Assembly (NCBI RefSeq): GCF_964355755.1
Contig: NC_092670.1
Location: 32,662,388 to 32,726,387 of the forward strand
Source of the DNA: Antedon mediterranea
Taxonomy: Eukaryota > Animalia > Echinodermata
DNA length: 64,000 nucleotides
Direction: 5' to 3'
Each line of letters begins with the position of its first letter. Within the stretch, counting starts at the first letter, position 1. The notes beneath the pieces are model-generated. The model was not told the DNA's origin, did no database searches, and saw nothing but the letters and a program-made list of their open reading frames with translations. This document shows positions 1-13,400 of this stretch, piece by piece. Both the position numbers and the translations under genes were made by a program.

Positions 1-232
1 ATTTGAACACGTCAGCTACATTTGGAAATTTGGAAATTACCTGCCATCAATATGATGGATTGTGATTGTATAGTACCTGCCATCAATATGATGGATTATG
101 ATTATAGATTTAAAAAAGAATTTGAACACGTCAGCTAAATTTGGAAATTTGGAAATTACCTTTCATCAATATGATGGATTATGATTGTATAGGTTTGAAA
201 GAAAATGTGAACACGTAAGCTACATTTGGAAT
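1..232. repeat. Degenerate tandem repeat (~90-120 bp units)
   Basis: TGAACACGTCAGCTACATTTGGAA recurs at about 4, 123 and 208; CATCAATATGATGGATT occurs three times. Confidence 0.75.
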
Positions 233-243
233 GAACAAGGGCA

Positions 244-552
244 TCAGTTTTGATCATTCATGCAAAGGTTTCCGTCATCTTTAGCGTTGTTACAGCGGCA
301 TAAAGTTGTACATAGTAGTTTTGACTTCTTGCACCTACATCTATTGTTGGTTATGCATCGTGTCTTGCATCCACAATAAATCATCTCTAACGAAGCAGCA
401 GGAATAGCTTCATTTTTCAGAAGCACTGGTTGAAGTTTACCATTAGATAGCTCCCAACCAAAAACTGTTGGTGATGGCAAATGCTGGATTGCCGATACAG
501 TTTTTTTCAATACGAGTGCTTTTGGAAGTGTGCTCTTTTTATGCTGGTGCAC
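244..552 (-). pseudogene. 3' fragment of a transposon-associated protein with a C-terminal CXC (tesmin/TSO1-like) cysteine cluster
   Basis: PSPTVFGWELSNGKLQP...CGCKTRCITNNRCRCKKSKLLCTTLCRC is the typical C-terminus of a widespread invertebrate repeat-encoded protein family; no upstream ORF continues it. Confidence 0.55.
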
Positions 553-1132
553 TGCATCACTTTCTATTGACTATGTCCTACTACACTATCTTTGCTAGGG
601 TGTCACGAAACCTAAGATCACAAAAGCTAAGACCCCCTAAGACCTAAGATCACGAAACCTAAGACCCAAAACCTAAGATTACAAATTCTACTATATACGA
701 CAGATTAAAAACAATAATTGTTTATCTATACACAATTTTAAACATAGTATGCTTCTTTTATTAATGCTTTTACCATAAATTTAATTACAAGCAACAACAT
801 CAAAAGCAGAAATATAAACTCACAATTTTTTCGCCCGTTGAGTTTATACCTTTGTTTCACAACAAATAAACTGGACCGTTTGTTTGTTGATATTTTACTT
901 CATTGTGTTGGTTTCAGGAGGTGTTTTTTTCCATTTCTCATCTGCATTGTATTTTGACTCCTAATTAATTCAACTAACTTTATTCTGAATACCATACCTT
1001 TGGAATTAGGCCTCATAAGTACTTTTATGAAAGAGATTCACATAAAGAGTAACAAATAAATACTTGGAATTATTTGTAAATAAAAATGTGTGATTTTACA
1101 GACGTGTTTCTTGCACTCTCGCCTACTCAACT

Positions 1133-1602
1133 TTCAATATTTTCGTTTCTATGGAGCGCCAAAAGAGCAACAATAGAGAGTTAAAAACTCGATGAAATGA
1201 GTCTACATTTAATGCATTTATTAGTGAAATGCACATTTAATTTGTTCAATATATTTTGTCAATTTGTCAATAAAAATTCTGTAATATGTTACTGCTGATA
1301 CTTTTCTATTTTCAAAGAATATTAATCGATCTTAAAATCAGCATCATTACTTACACTAGGCCTAGTCATAAGGGCTACCTAAAGGGATATGATGAATTTG
1401 TCGATTTTATTCTTAAAGTTAACAAAACCGTCGTGTAAAGTATCAACAGTAACATTTTATTTGTATTAACAGTGACAAAATATATTGAATTGAACAAGAT
1501 TTTCACCAAAAAAATTAGTTAAATAGATGGATTCCACCACATAGTTTTTTGCCGTCTATTAATGTTGCTCTTTTGGCGTTCCATAGAAACAAAATATTGA
1601 AC
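1133..1602. mobile_element. Foldback MITE (~470 bp)
   Basis: TTCAATATTTTCGTTTCTATGGAGCGCCAAAAGAGCAACA near 1133 is inverted at ~1562-1602; imperfect symmetry continues inward. Confidence 0.6.
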
Positions 1603-1709
1603 ATAGAGTATATGCGAAATTCGCATGAGAAAAACGTCTTTAAAGATTGCTTGAAAAAATTGTCGTTGTCATATAGCCGGGTGAATATCCGACCTAATTG
1701 CGTTGCGTC

Positions 1710-3328
1710 CAGGGGTGGCGCCAGGATCTTCCCGACGCGGGGGCTACATTCCCCGACGAGGGGGCTATGCGAGCGAAGCGAGCATCACTAGGCTGGGGGC
1801 CAGGGGGCCGCCAAGGGCCCCCGGTGGGGGTCCAGGGGGCGAAGCCCCAGGAAGCAACGCGTTCTAGCGTCATTTGAGGTCATTTTAATCAGATTTAGGG
1901 TAGCCATTTTTTCCATTTTTTATAATGCATAAATAAAATACTGCGTGCAAAAAAACGATGCGCGATGACTGTTTCAATCCATATTTTTCAATTTAAAAAA
2001 TAAAAGTTCAAAGAAAATTTAGAAAAATAGAGTTGGAGGTCCCGGAAATTGAACTTATTATACTTCAAAACATGAAACAAAATATATAAGTCCTTATCAT
2101 GGTTGTGACTGAGCTAAGAAATGTTTGAAAAATAGAGATGTTAGGTCCCGGAAAATGCACTTCTTGTACTTCGAAATATGACCAGCTTTATTGTTGGGGC
2201 TGAGCTAAGAAACTGTTTAAAACTAGAGCTGCAGGTCTTCAAAAAATAGCATTTTATACTTTGGAAACATCAGGCCTAGAGGCTTAAAAAACGCAAGCGT
2301 AGACCTTTTTCAGTCGGGGAAATAAGTTTATTCCTCCCAAGTGTATGCGTGCGTACCATCTGGACTTCCGAGTGGTGAGAAATTCATGACATACAGGACA
2401 TTGAAAATGTAATAACTTAGCTATAATAAGATGTTGGCTAAGCGAAAATGGCATGTTTTTTTGTTTAGTAATGGATGAAAAATTTATTTTAGGTGCCCCA
2501 CGGTAAAGAAGGTTACTTGTAAATTAAAAAATTGGTGAACATACGAACAATTAACATAATTCGTTTTTGCTGCTGTAGTGTAGCGTACGTCGACGCAGTA
2601 CACGACGTAACCGTCAGTAAACTTCGCCTGGAAAATAACTACAGTACACATTTTGGTCCCTGGATGGAACATAATATCACGCGTCTCGACCCAACGTTGA
2701 ACGATTCGTACAAAGGGATACCGACAGACAAGTGCGAACCTAGCTATTGTTTAGGAGTAAGTTAGATCGCTGGCAATAATGAATGCATATAAAGTGCATA
2801 ATATCACTCTGACGTACTCTCACGGTCAATGAAACGTCGCGGTTTTCTAGGCGCTGAAGCTAGCTACGAAGTGAACGCGAACGCTTTTTACTGTATATTA
2901 TAATTTATTCCCCGACAAAAAGTACCCGTGTTCCCTTCGGTAACCGTCGGTAAACTTCGCCTGGAAAATAACTACATTACACATTTTGGTCCCTGGATGG
3001 AACTTGATATCACGCGTGTTGACCCAACGTTGAACGATTCGTACAAAGGGATACCGCCAGACAAGTGCGTACCTAGCTAATGTTTAGTAGTAAGTTAGAT
3101 CGCTGGCAATAAATGAATGCATAAAAGTGCATAATAGCCCTCTGACGTACTCTCACGGTCAATGGAACGTGGTTTTCTAGGCGCTGAAGCTATATGAAGT
3201 GAACGCGAACATTTTTTACTGTATATTATATTCCCCGACAAAAAGTACCCGTGTTCCCCGACGGGGGGGCTAGGCTCCCCGACGAGGGGGCTAGAGCCCC
3301 CGTAGCCCCCCCGCTGGCGCCACCACTG
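1710..3328 (+). mobile_element. Non-autonomous hAT-type DNA transposon, copy 1
   Basis: Terminal inverted repeats (TIRs) CAGGGGTGGCGCCAG...CTGGCGCCACCACTG; perfect 8-bp TSD GTTGCGTC (1702-1709 / 3329-3336); internal ~333-bp tandem duplication starting at 2607 and 2940; near-identical to 55600-57216. Confidence 0.93.
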
Positions 3329-5569
3329 GTTGCGTCACCAGCTTTGTGTCAGGGATGGACATTCCTTATTAACTGACGACCAGGGCGAAACATATTCATC
3401 ACGATCACCACGCTTACTTGCAACTTAAGCCAGACTCTAGCCACAATTTAGATTAGTTCCTTATATGTATTTCAAGCTTTATTTGGTATTCAGCCAAGTG
3501 GGGTGAAAAACTAAATTGCTGCTAGCTATCGGTGTGTATAATTAGTTTAACAATAATTGCTATAAATGAATGGGATTGCTTGATAAAAATAGATTTAATA
3601 TAATGTTAACCAATAAAGCATGACTGTTTGCGAACTCTTAGTATAAAATGAATTGTTTAGGCCTACAAAAGAACGTTCAATGCACGCAAGAGAGGACATT
3701 ATTATCGAGAGCAATATGAATGAGTACTTGATCTTTTCATCCGGCTTATAAAATAACTTCCAACCGAAAGAATAGTATAGCCTTGACCTAATAACAATAG
3801 AATTTCAATACTGTATAATGAATTCTATACAGAGGTATATGCGAACATTATTATTATTATAGATTTTTTTGCAAAAAAATCTGTCCAGTAGTTCAAAAGT
3901 TATGTTAAAATATCTAATTTTTCTGAGATATCCTTGTGGCTTTTCTAATTATTACACACACCCCACTGCTCAAATGCATGTTGGCTATTCCAAACTTGCT
4001 GGCTAGTCTGAAGATAGTACAGTTGGTAGGGATTCTCATAGAGATATTTTCAATATAATATATCTATGGTATTCTCAATGTGTACACATAAGTAATTAAA
4101 TAACTCCTAATATTAATATAGTAAAAAGCTAATATATTAACAAAGTAAATAACAAAATAAAGAATTAGCTATAATTATAACACATTTAAAATGAATGCCT
4201 TTTATAATTAGTTACCTAAAGTAACTTTACTCCACTTTTTTTACATATAATATAATAATTATTTGGAAGCTACACTTTTGAAACAGTGGCACACTTCTTG
4301 AATGAAGGTGCGTCCAGAGTAAGTAAAATAAATAAATATTATTTAACAATAGGCCTATTAGTACAAGGAAACATACTGGAGTCAACTTATTTGACAAAAC
4401 AACGCATTTCAATTGGGCAATTTACATGTTGAAAATTAATCAAAATATTCATTAAGCACCTGATATAATTACAATTTTCACTTGAATGTGTTTTTATTAT
4501 TCTGTGCCTGCTAATTTTTTAAATAGACAATATAATGAACAAAGAACAGAATCCAATAAACATTAAAGGAAATGAACTACAGACCTATTGTTAATTGTAG
4601 ACTCCTATGAAAAGAAGTTTGAAGAACAATAGGCATATGGGTGAAACCATTAATATACAGGATATAATAGACGATATCAGTAATGTGTAAATGTACTGGT
4701 GGTGTAAAGAAAGGGTAAAACAAAAAGAGATGTCCTTTGATTTGTTAAATCTAGGCCAGTAGGTAGGTCTGTTACCATGTTTGTTTAAAACAATCAGGAC
4801 TGACGATGGACAGCCAGGCCCATAAATAAAATAGGAAGAGGCTTAGGCCATCTATATAGACCTAACCGCAAAATAATCAATTAAACTCCTAAAAATCAAT
4901 TTAACACTAATAAACTGAACTTAAATAATCTTTTCTATATCAGTAAAATCGTGCGTGAACTAGTCAAAGCCCTAAAAACTAGGGCCTGTCGCGTTGGCCC
5001 GATCTTGGTAGCAGGCTACTTATCCATGTGTGGTATTGGTGTAACATAGTTGACATTTCGTTGGCGATTTTCAGGTTCACGCAATGTCAAATAAAACAGT
5101 GTAGTTTTGAAAAGAATTGATGTTAGTCTTATACCATGGAGAAAACTTATTTCTCCATGCTTATACTAATACTAAATTAATTAGATTATTTTACGGAAAA
5201 TATATTTTTATTAAAATTATAATTTTAATCGCAGAAAATAAATTTTGGGGAGTATAATATAATTGAAAAGCCTGATTGATAACAAAATAATTTCATCATC
5301 TTTTATTTTAACCTCGTGACATGCGATCGTGTTTTGAAACTAGGGTGGGTGTTTTCCAAAGTTATTTTAAGTGTGCATATATTGCTCACCACCGGCATAT
5401 GTGCTTATTTTTTTGAAATACTTAATAATAGATAAAATACATTTTAATATATAATAATATAAAATAAATATTATATAATATAATTTTTATTTATATGAAT
5501 TTTATTGCGTATTTATTTTAAAATACGCAAATATGCCTCTATTATTAGTCACAAAGGACAAGGAAGCCT

Positions 5570-8500
5570 GTAGACCGGGCGCCCGGAAGATTTATTCATG
5601 TGAAAAGATACAAAAGGTTTGATGATGTAGTTAGGTGCGTATTAGGGCGAGATACAATATTCGATATTGCTGCCGGGTCACAGCCTGTACATGGGGCCTG
5701 TGGGGATCATAACATAGGGGAGTAAAAATGCATTTATTCATGTGAAGCGATACAAGGATAAACTTTTTTGGATATCATTCGCAGTGGGCTACTAATGATT
5801 ACATCACCAATGACAGCAACTTTATCCTGTACGGGGCGCCAAACAGCAACATTTTAGGGCCACACCCAAATGGGTTTATTCATGTGAAGCGATACAAGGT
5901 TGAACCTTTTTTTAATGGCAGCAGTACATATTGGGGATGACAAAAACACCAATGACAGCAACTTTATCCTGTACATAAGCTCAGACAGCAGCCCTAAAGG
6001 TCCGTAGATTCCCCCTATTCGGTTATATACTCGGCGCGTATGTCGTCTTATGGCGTTCAGCTGAGTTCGAAATACGTGATACGGACTCGGACTGACAATA
6101 AAAACACAGCAGAATGATAAAACAATAAATAAAGAGAGCAGTTGTTTCCTGTACCAAATCATCAAACATCAAACTCTTAGGAACTCGCCCAAAATGGGTT
6201 TATCCATGAAGTATGAATCGTTTTTTCTTTCTTTCTCTCTTTTTTGCTCCATTCGTGATCAACAATGTCGATAATACAAACACATTTACGATAACGAGTG
6301 ACTTTTATTTTATAATTGAAATATATCTTTATTTTGGAACACCAACAAAAACACTTAAAAATAACCAACAGCAGATTTGTATTTTAGGGTAACATTTTGA
6401 ACAATCAATATTATATCAAAATCATTATTTCGATCAAAATAATATAATTTAAGAATATTTATATATATAATATATATAGAATAATTACACTCATAATGAT
6501 TGTCACCGGTACCTATTAGTGTACATTATTATTATAACTCGATTTAAATATTGTTTTAATTACACACTAGACACTAGTGATATGTCTATATGAAAAAAGG
6601 CAACGAAATCTAAATTTGCAACATTTTTTAACATAACATAACATAATAGTAAAGTAAATAATAGTTCGAATTCAACATAATCACTTAGAGAATTGGTAAG
6701 GTATAGATTAGACTATCGATTGCACACTATTACTAAGGAAAAAGTAACCGTTTTCATGTGAATTAGACTGATAAAAACCAACAAAAAACTTAATCTGCCA
6801 ACATTTTTAAACGTCGTTACTTGTCCATAATGGATCGACTACTGTATCGATTATTGCACATTATTTTACTGCCCAACTGCCCAAGTCAAATTTAAAATTG
6901 TTACATTAATAACACTGGACCAAATTAAATATCGTTACTTATCTCCAACTGAACCCAGGTCGAATATTTTGACAACGAGCAAAGACATCGAGTTTACTGG
7001 CTGTATGCATTAAATAACTAAATATTGTACATTCCTCATATTGCATTACTAGCTGAACAGAAAACACGATATAATAAAACCAATAGGGGCTATTGGATTT
7101 TTTTTTACATGATTTGTTATTTAATGCATACAGCCAGTAACCTCGATGTCTTTGCTCAATGTGCTTTTACAGTGTGTCGGTAGTTACACTGCATGTAAAA
7201 TATTCGACCTGGGTTCAGTTAGAGAAAAATAATGTGCAATAATCAATACAGTAGTCGATCCATTGTGGATAAGTAACGATATTTAATTTTGTCCAGTATT
7301 ATTAATGTTGCCTTTTATCAGATATCACTGTATAATGTTAGTACAGTAACAATTTTAAATTTGACTTCGGCAGTTATAGTAAAATAATGTGCAATAATCG
7401 ATACAGTAGTCGATCCATTATGGATAAGTAACGATATTTAATTTGGTTCTGAGTATGTTGCATTTTATCAGATATCACTGTATAATGTTAGTACAGTAAC
7501 AATTTTAAAATTGACTTGGGCAGTTATAGTAAAATAATGTGCAATAATCGATACAGTAGTCGATCCATTATGGTTAAGTAACGATATTTAATTTGGTCCT
7601 GAGTATGTTGCATTTTATCAGATATCACTGTATAAATGTTAGTACAGTAACAATTTTAAATTTGACTTTGGCAGTTATAGTAAAATAATGTGCAGTAATC
7701 AATACAGTAGTCGATCCATTATGGATAAGTAACGATATTTAATTCGATTCAGTTTGTTGCGTTTTATCAGATATCACTTTCTTATGTTAGTTAGTAAATA
7801 ATGTGCAATAACCAATACAGTAGTCCAAGAAAGAAAGTAGTCGATCAATTGTCGATAAGTAACGATATTTAATTTGGTTTAGTATTATTAATATAGTATT
7901 TAGTATAATTAATGTTGCCTTTTATCAGATATCACTGTCTAATATTAGTACAGTAACAATTAAAAATTTGACTTTGTTTCAGTTAAAGCAAAACAATGTG
8001 CAGTAATCGATAAAGTAGTCGATCCATTATGGACAAGTAACGATGTTTAAAATGTTGGCAGATTAAGTTATTTGTTGGTTTTTATCAGTCTAATTCACAT
8101 GAAAACGGTTACTTTTTTAAAATTTAAATTGAATTAAAAATACAGTAATAGTGTGCAATCGATAGTCTAATCTATACCTTACCAATTCTCTAAGTGATTA
8201 TGTTGAATTCGAACTATTATTTACTTTACTATTATGTTATGTTATGTAAAAAATGTTGCAAATTTAGATTTCGTTGCCTTTTTTCATATAGACATATCAC
8301 TAGTGTCTAGTGTGTAATTAAAACAATATTTAAATCGAGTTATAATAATAATGCAAAATAATCGGTACCGGTGTCGATCATTATGAGTGTAATTATTAAT
8401 TAGTTTATCTGAAAAATATTCTTAAATTATATTATTTTGTGTTGTGAAATAATGATTTTGATATAATATTGATTGTTCAAAATGATACCCTAAAATACAA

Positions 8501-9345
8501 ATCTGCTGTTGGTTATTTTAAGTGTTTTTGTTGGTGTTATTTATTAATCCAAAATAAAGATATATTTCAATTATAAATAAAAGTCACTCGTTATCGTAAA
8601 TGTGTTTGTATTATCAACATTGTTGATCACGAATGGAGCCTCGGGCTGCTGTGTACCGGAAAAGTGAAAAAAAAAAACCATTTTTTCACAAATGATTACA
8701 CACTTCATGGATACACCCATTTTGGGCGAGTTCCTAAGAGTTTGATGTTTGATGATTTGGTACAGGAAACAACTGCTCTCTTTATTTATTGTTTTAGCAT
8801 TCTACTGTGTATTTATTGTCAGTCCGAGTCCGTATCACGACGTATTTCTAACTCAGCTGAACGCCATTAGACGGCATACGCGCCGAGTATATAGCCGAAT
8901 AGGGGGAAACTGCGGACCTTTAGGGCTGCTGTCTGAGCTTATGTACAGGATAAAGTTGCTGTCATTTGTCATCCCCAATATATACTGCTGCCATTAAAAA
9001 AAGATTCAACCTTGTATCGCTTCACATGAATAAACCCATTTGGGCGTGGCACTAAAATGTTGCTGTTTGGCGCCCCGTACAGGATAAAGTTGCTGTCATT
9101 GGTGATGTAATCATTAGTAGCCCACTGCGAATGATATCCAAAAAAGTTTATCCTTGTATCGCTTCACATAAATAAATGCATTTTTACTCCCCTATGTTAT
9201 GATCCCCACAGGCCCTATGTACAAGCTGTGACCCGGCAGCAATGTCGAATATTGCATCTCGCCCTAATACGCACCTAACTAGGCCTACATCATCAAACCT
9301 TTTGTATCTTTTCACATGAATAAATCTTCCGGGCGCCCGGTCTAC
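5570..9345. repeat. Giant inverted repeat with an internal ~121-bp minisatellite
   Basis: 5570-~7020 is the reverse complement of ~7112-9345 (for example GTAGACCGGGCGCCCGGAAGATTTATTCATGTGAAAAGATAC at both ends); ~90-bp spacer; the right arm carries an expanded tandem array at ~7225-8050. Confidence 0.9.
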
Positions 9346-10499
9346 TGGGTCAAAAACATATTCACACGTCGTCCACGATAAACACATTTTAAATTTAAAA
9401 CAAAACGTAGTAATTATTGTAATTTTGAATTGGTATAGGTCACATCTTTAAAATATAAGTTTCCTATTAATTATCTTCTAATGAATTATTATTAAAATAC
9501 AGTATACATGTCACATGTCGCCCTGCCAAACTAAACTTTATGAAAGGAGCTTTGCGCTGGCGTCTGTAAACTCTCCAGAGTCAGGAGAGTTAGCCTGCTA
9601 AACTTTACATTGGAAGAATAGGGATGGAGCTTTGCGTCCACAAACTCTCCAGAGTCACGAGAGAGAGTTAGCCTGCTAAACTTTACCGGAAGTCGATCGT
9701 TTCGCCTGAACGGTTTTCTATTCAAAGCATACAGGCAAGCATTGCACTGGTAGGTGGGGGGAAGACAACAGACAGAACAGCATTCGTGTTCTAAGGTCTT
9801 GGCTCTAAGAAAATTAAATACTTTTCTAAGTTTCAAAATACTTTATATTTGATGGATTTTTACAAATCAAAGATAAATTTGTATGTTTTAAATACTTTTG
9901 AACACATTTATCTTGTTTAAAGTGATGAAATATGTTTCTGAAAAAAGTTAGGATATGCTGAAAAAACTTGTAGTACACATTTTATCAGTTGATTAATCTA
10001 TTATGTAAACAATGCTAATTACTTGTGCAAATAAAGTATAGCAGGATACCTGCTATAATTTAGCAATTTTGACTGGTGACTCTACTTGTAATGAACAATA
10101 GAATTTCAACATATGAATTCTATACAGAGGTATATGCGAACATTGCAGTTAAAGTAATCAGAATGATGAACGAATTTCTATTTTCTAAGTAAGCTATTAG
10201 GCCTATATTTCAGTAAAACATTTTTGATTAAGTGTAGGCCTACATAAATTAAATACGGTATGCAGAAATTACTAATTATTCAAGTTTACATAGTATTTGT
10301 TTTTGTTTTGCTATAAAAAATCGATTATTTATTGGTTAAGTGTAGGCCTATATAAATTAAAAAAGGTATGCAGAAATTACAAAAAATATTATTCAAGTTT
10401 ACCTAGCTTATAAAATTACTTCCAACCGAAAGATCAATAGAATTTGAAATCTATTAACAACACATTGAATTCTATACAGAGGTATATGCGAACATTGCA

Positions 10500-13400
10500 G
10501 ATAAGTAATCAGATTGATGCAGCGAATTTCGGTTTACTACTTAGTAAACGTTTGTTCAAAGTTAAAATTTCACATTCAAAGGGTTAACATTTTTTGATAA
10601 AGAGAAGTTTGCAAAGAATAAGAAAGACAAATACGACAAAACCTTGTGTGTCTGGTTAGTTGCAATAAAAGCATGCATGTTAATATATCATAAGAATGTT
10701 GAACACTTTGTGAAGGAATAAATTTTATTTCATGAAATTAATTGTTTATGAGGAAAAGAAGTTGGCAAAGAATACGTTGTAAAATATGACAAAGCCTTAT
10801 GCGTGGTTGGTTGCAATAAAAGTATGCATGTTATATCCTATATTATCAATTCCTGGAGAAATTGTTTTCTCTTTTTGTTTTGTCTGTTTTTATATGGATG
10901 CACTATCCCAAATAAAGGAAATTAAATGAATGAATAAAGTAGGCAATGGGGATTCACCAGTTTAAATCTTGTTTTTTATTTCAGTATTCATTTATTCATG
11001 TTGTGTTCAACAGTAAAACATAGTAGGCTTACATGATTTGGAATTATTTTCGTTTGTTCAAAGTTAAAAATTCACATAAAAATGAGTTAAAACGTTTATC
11101 ATTTATTGATAAAGAGAAGAGAAGATCTGGAAGAGAATATTTGTAAATTGGCAGAATGCTCAGCAGTCACGTACCAATATAGGCCTATCCGCGCACAGAT
11201 AAGTTTCGTGTGCAGATAAGTTTCTGAGCATGCGCACAATGAATTTCTGATTGACTAGTTGCTTGTGGTGGTGCGCGCGTCATGAGAGCAGAAAGATGTA
11301 TCTCTCTCCTGATGAGAATAATTTATTGTAATCTATAAGTATTGGTACTTAAAATAACTATTTTAAATTCAGTTTGCAGTATTTATACAATAGAAAGGAG
11401 GCCAACACACACTGTGTTCGGGAAAATCCCGTCATATGTGTCGTCGATTTGTTCATAATTATTGAGTTTTTTCCGTAATTTATTCCACAAACCATAATTT
11501 TGCGTATAGTTTTGTATTTCCATGTAGTACCCTATTTATCTTCATTTCCGTATACGTCCGTAGTATTACGCCGGTAGCAGAGCATATGTTGCTTCTTTCT
11601 TCTGCATATTTGCTATCATTATTTTTTTTGTTTTATATTTATTATTTATTGTACAGTTTATAGTAGATAAATGAAAATGAATTTTGGAAATTGTAGCTTT
11701 AATTAACTGTTGTTTATTTAGCATTTATTTCAAAATAATACATTTTAACGTTTTCCTCAATATTTATAGCAGCAGATTCATATTTTTTTGTCTAACTTGT
11801 TTATATCATTATTTGATAATAATGATTAATTTACATTTATTAATAGTTATTAGAATGTATTACCGTAGTACCAGAAGTACCTTCATCATTCGCACCGATT
11901 GAACGCAAACAATGCCATCATATTTTTAATCGCGTGTGTTTAGGGAGGCGGGTCCGGACCCGGATCTTGATAGTCATGAAGTAGTTACAGAGTTGCAGGG
12001 GATTTGTTATCATTGTTAAATGTTTTGTTGCTACTAGCTTTGTGAAAATTAGTAAAAGATGTAATGCTGGCGCCAATGAATTTAACGACATTCAGAACCA
12101 AAATATTTCTTTGTAAAAAAATTAATTTTAAATGGAACATTACAAACATAATCATCCGCTTCATTACTGCATGGATAGCTAATAATCAGACTAAAACGTA
12201 TCATTCTTAAGTTAGTATCATTATTTATACCACGTAATTCATTTTCAACAATATAAAAGTATAATAATATAATTTTAATTAAATGGTGAGGGATTAGTTG
12301 AATTTGGATAAACCATTGGTAGGCCTATAACATTTTTCAATTTAATAAAAATCCAAAATGAACTTGCTGTTATAATACAAAAAAAATTATTAAAGCTCAG
12401 GTACAGGCATGAATTTTAAATATAATATCTGGTTAATTGTACATAAATCAAATACTTGTAACAGAAATCATGACAAAAAAACATGAATTTCCCTTTATAT
12501 GGTCAAATACAAAGTTTGGCATAATTCTGCCATAAAACCAGGAAGTAGTTTTTCAAAACTTCGGGTAAATGTCACTTAACCTCCTACTGTGACATGTGTT
12601 TATATAAGTCCAACTTTGATAGACAGGTCGTTAAACCTTTTGATCATCACCGACTTCTGCTAGTTTTTGCCTGACCATTGACCTTGCAATACTGAAGAAT
12701 GTACCTTTTCCTAATCAATCAATTACAAGAGAGCTAATAAAATCACAGGGGTATAAAAGGATTTAGGTCATTAATCACCTGCTTAGTTGATTTATCTGAT
12801 AAGGATTTTGACCAAAAAGTTATAATGGGTGTTTGCGAACTCTTAGTATAAAATGAATTGTTTAGGCCTACAAAAGAACGTTCAATGCACGCAAGAGAGG
12901 ACATTATTATCGAGAGCAATATGAATGAGTACTTGATCTTTTCATCCGGCTTATAAAATAACTTCCAACCGAAAGAATAGTATAGCCTTGACCTAATAAC
13001 AATAGAATTTCAATACTGTATAATGAATTCTATACAGAGGTATATGCGAACATTGCAGTTAAAGACCCCTTCCCTGCAATTTTGGACGTTTTTTGGAAAA
13101 TAATACATATATATCACTTTAAAAACATTAAACCATGTCATTCCTTGTCTTAAATGTACGTTTTATGGTAAATTATGATAAAAAGTGAGAAACAATACAC
13201 TACCTAAGTAGCTCGCGGCGATCGACCTCTCGTGGACGGTCTTAGGCCTAGCCTAGCTAGGCTTAGTTTTGTAGGCCTAGCTGGTAAACATTGGTAACGT
13301 ACGAACATCGTACGCGAGCTATATACATTCATCTATTAGCATTCGAATGCTAGGCTAGCATTCGAATGCTAGGCTAGCATTCGAATGCTAGCCTAGCATT

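Noticed and set aside
598-685. GGGTGTCACGAAACCTAAGA followed by CCTAAGA repeats; likely a transposon end
   Set aside because: No matching opposite end or TSD could be located, so boundaries and class are unsupported.
5854-8997. Paired ORFs 5854-6165 and 8749-8997, and similar twins at 2532/56425, 11684/15511, 53096/55254 and 59629/60328
   Set aside because: They arise from repeats, differ by frameshifts or indels or show no recognisable protein features, and mostly start at non-ATG codons.
11285-11325. GAAA...TC...CTGATGAG resembling a hammerhead ribozyme core
   Set aside because: Stems I and II cannot be formed.
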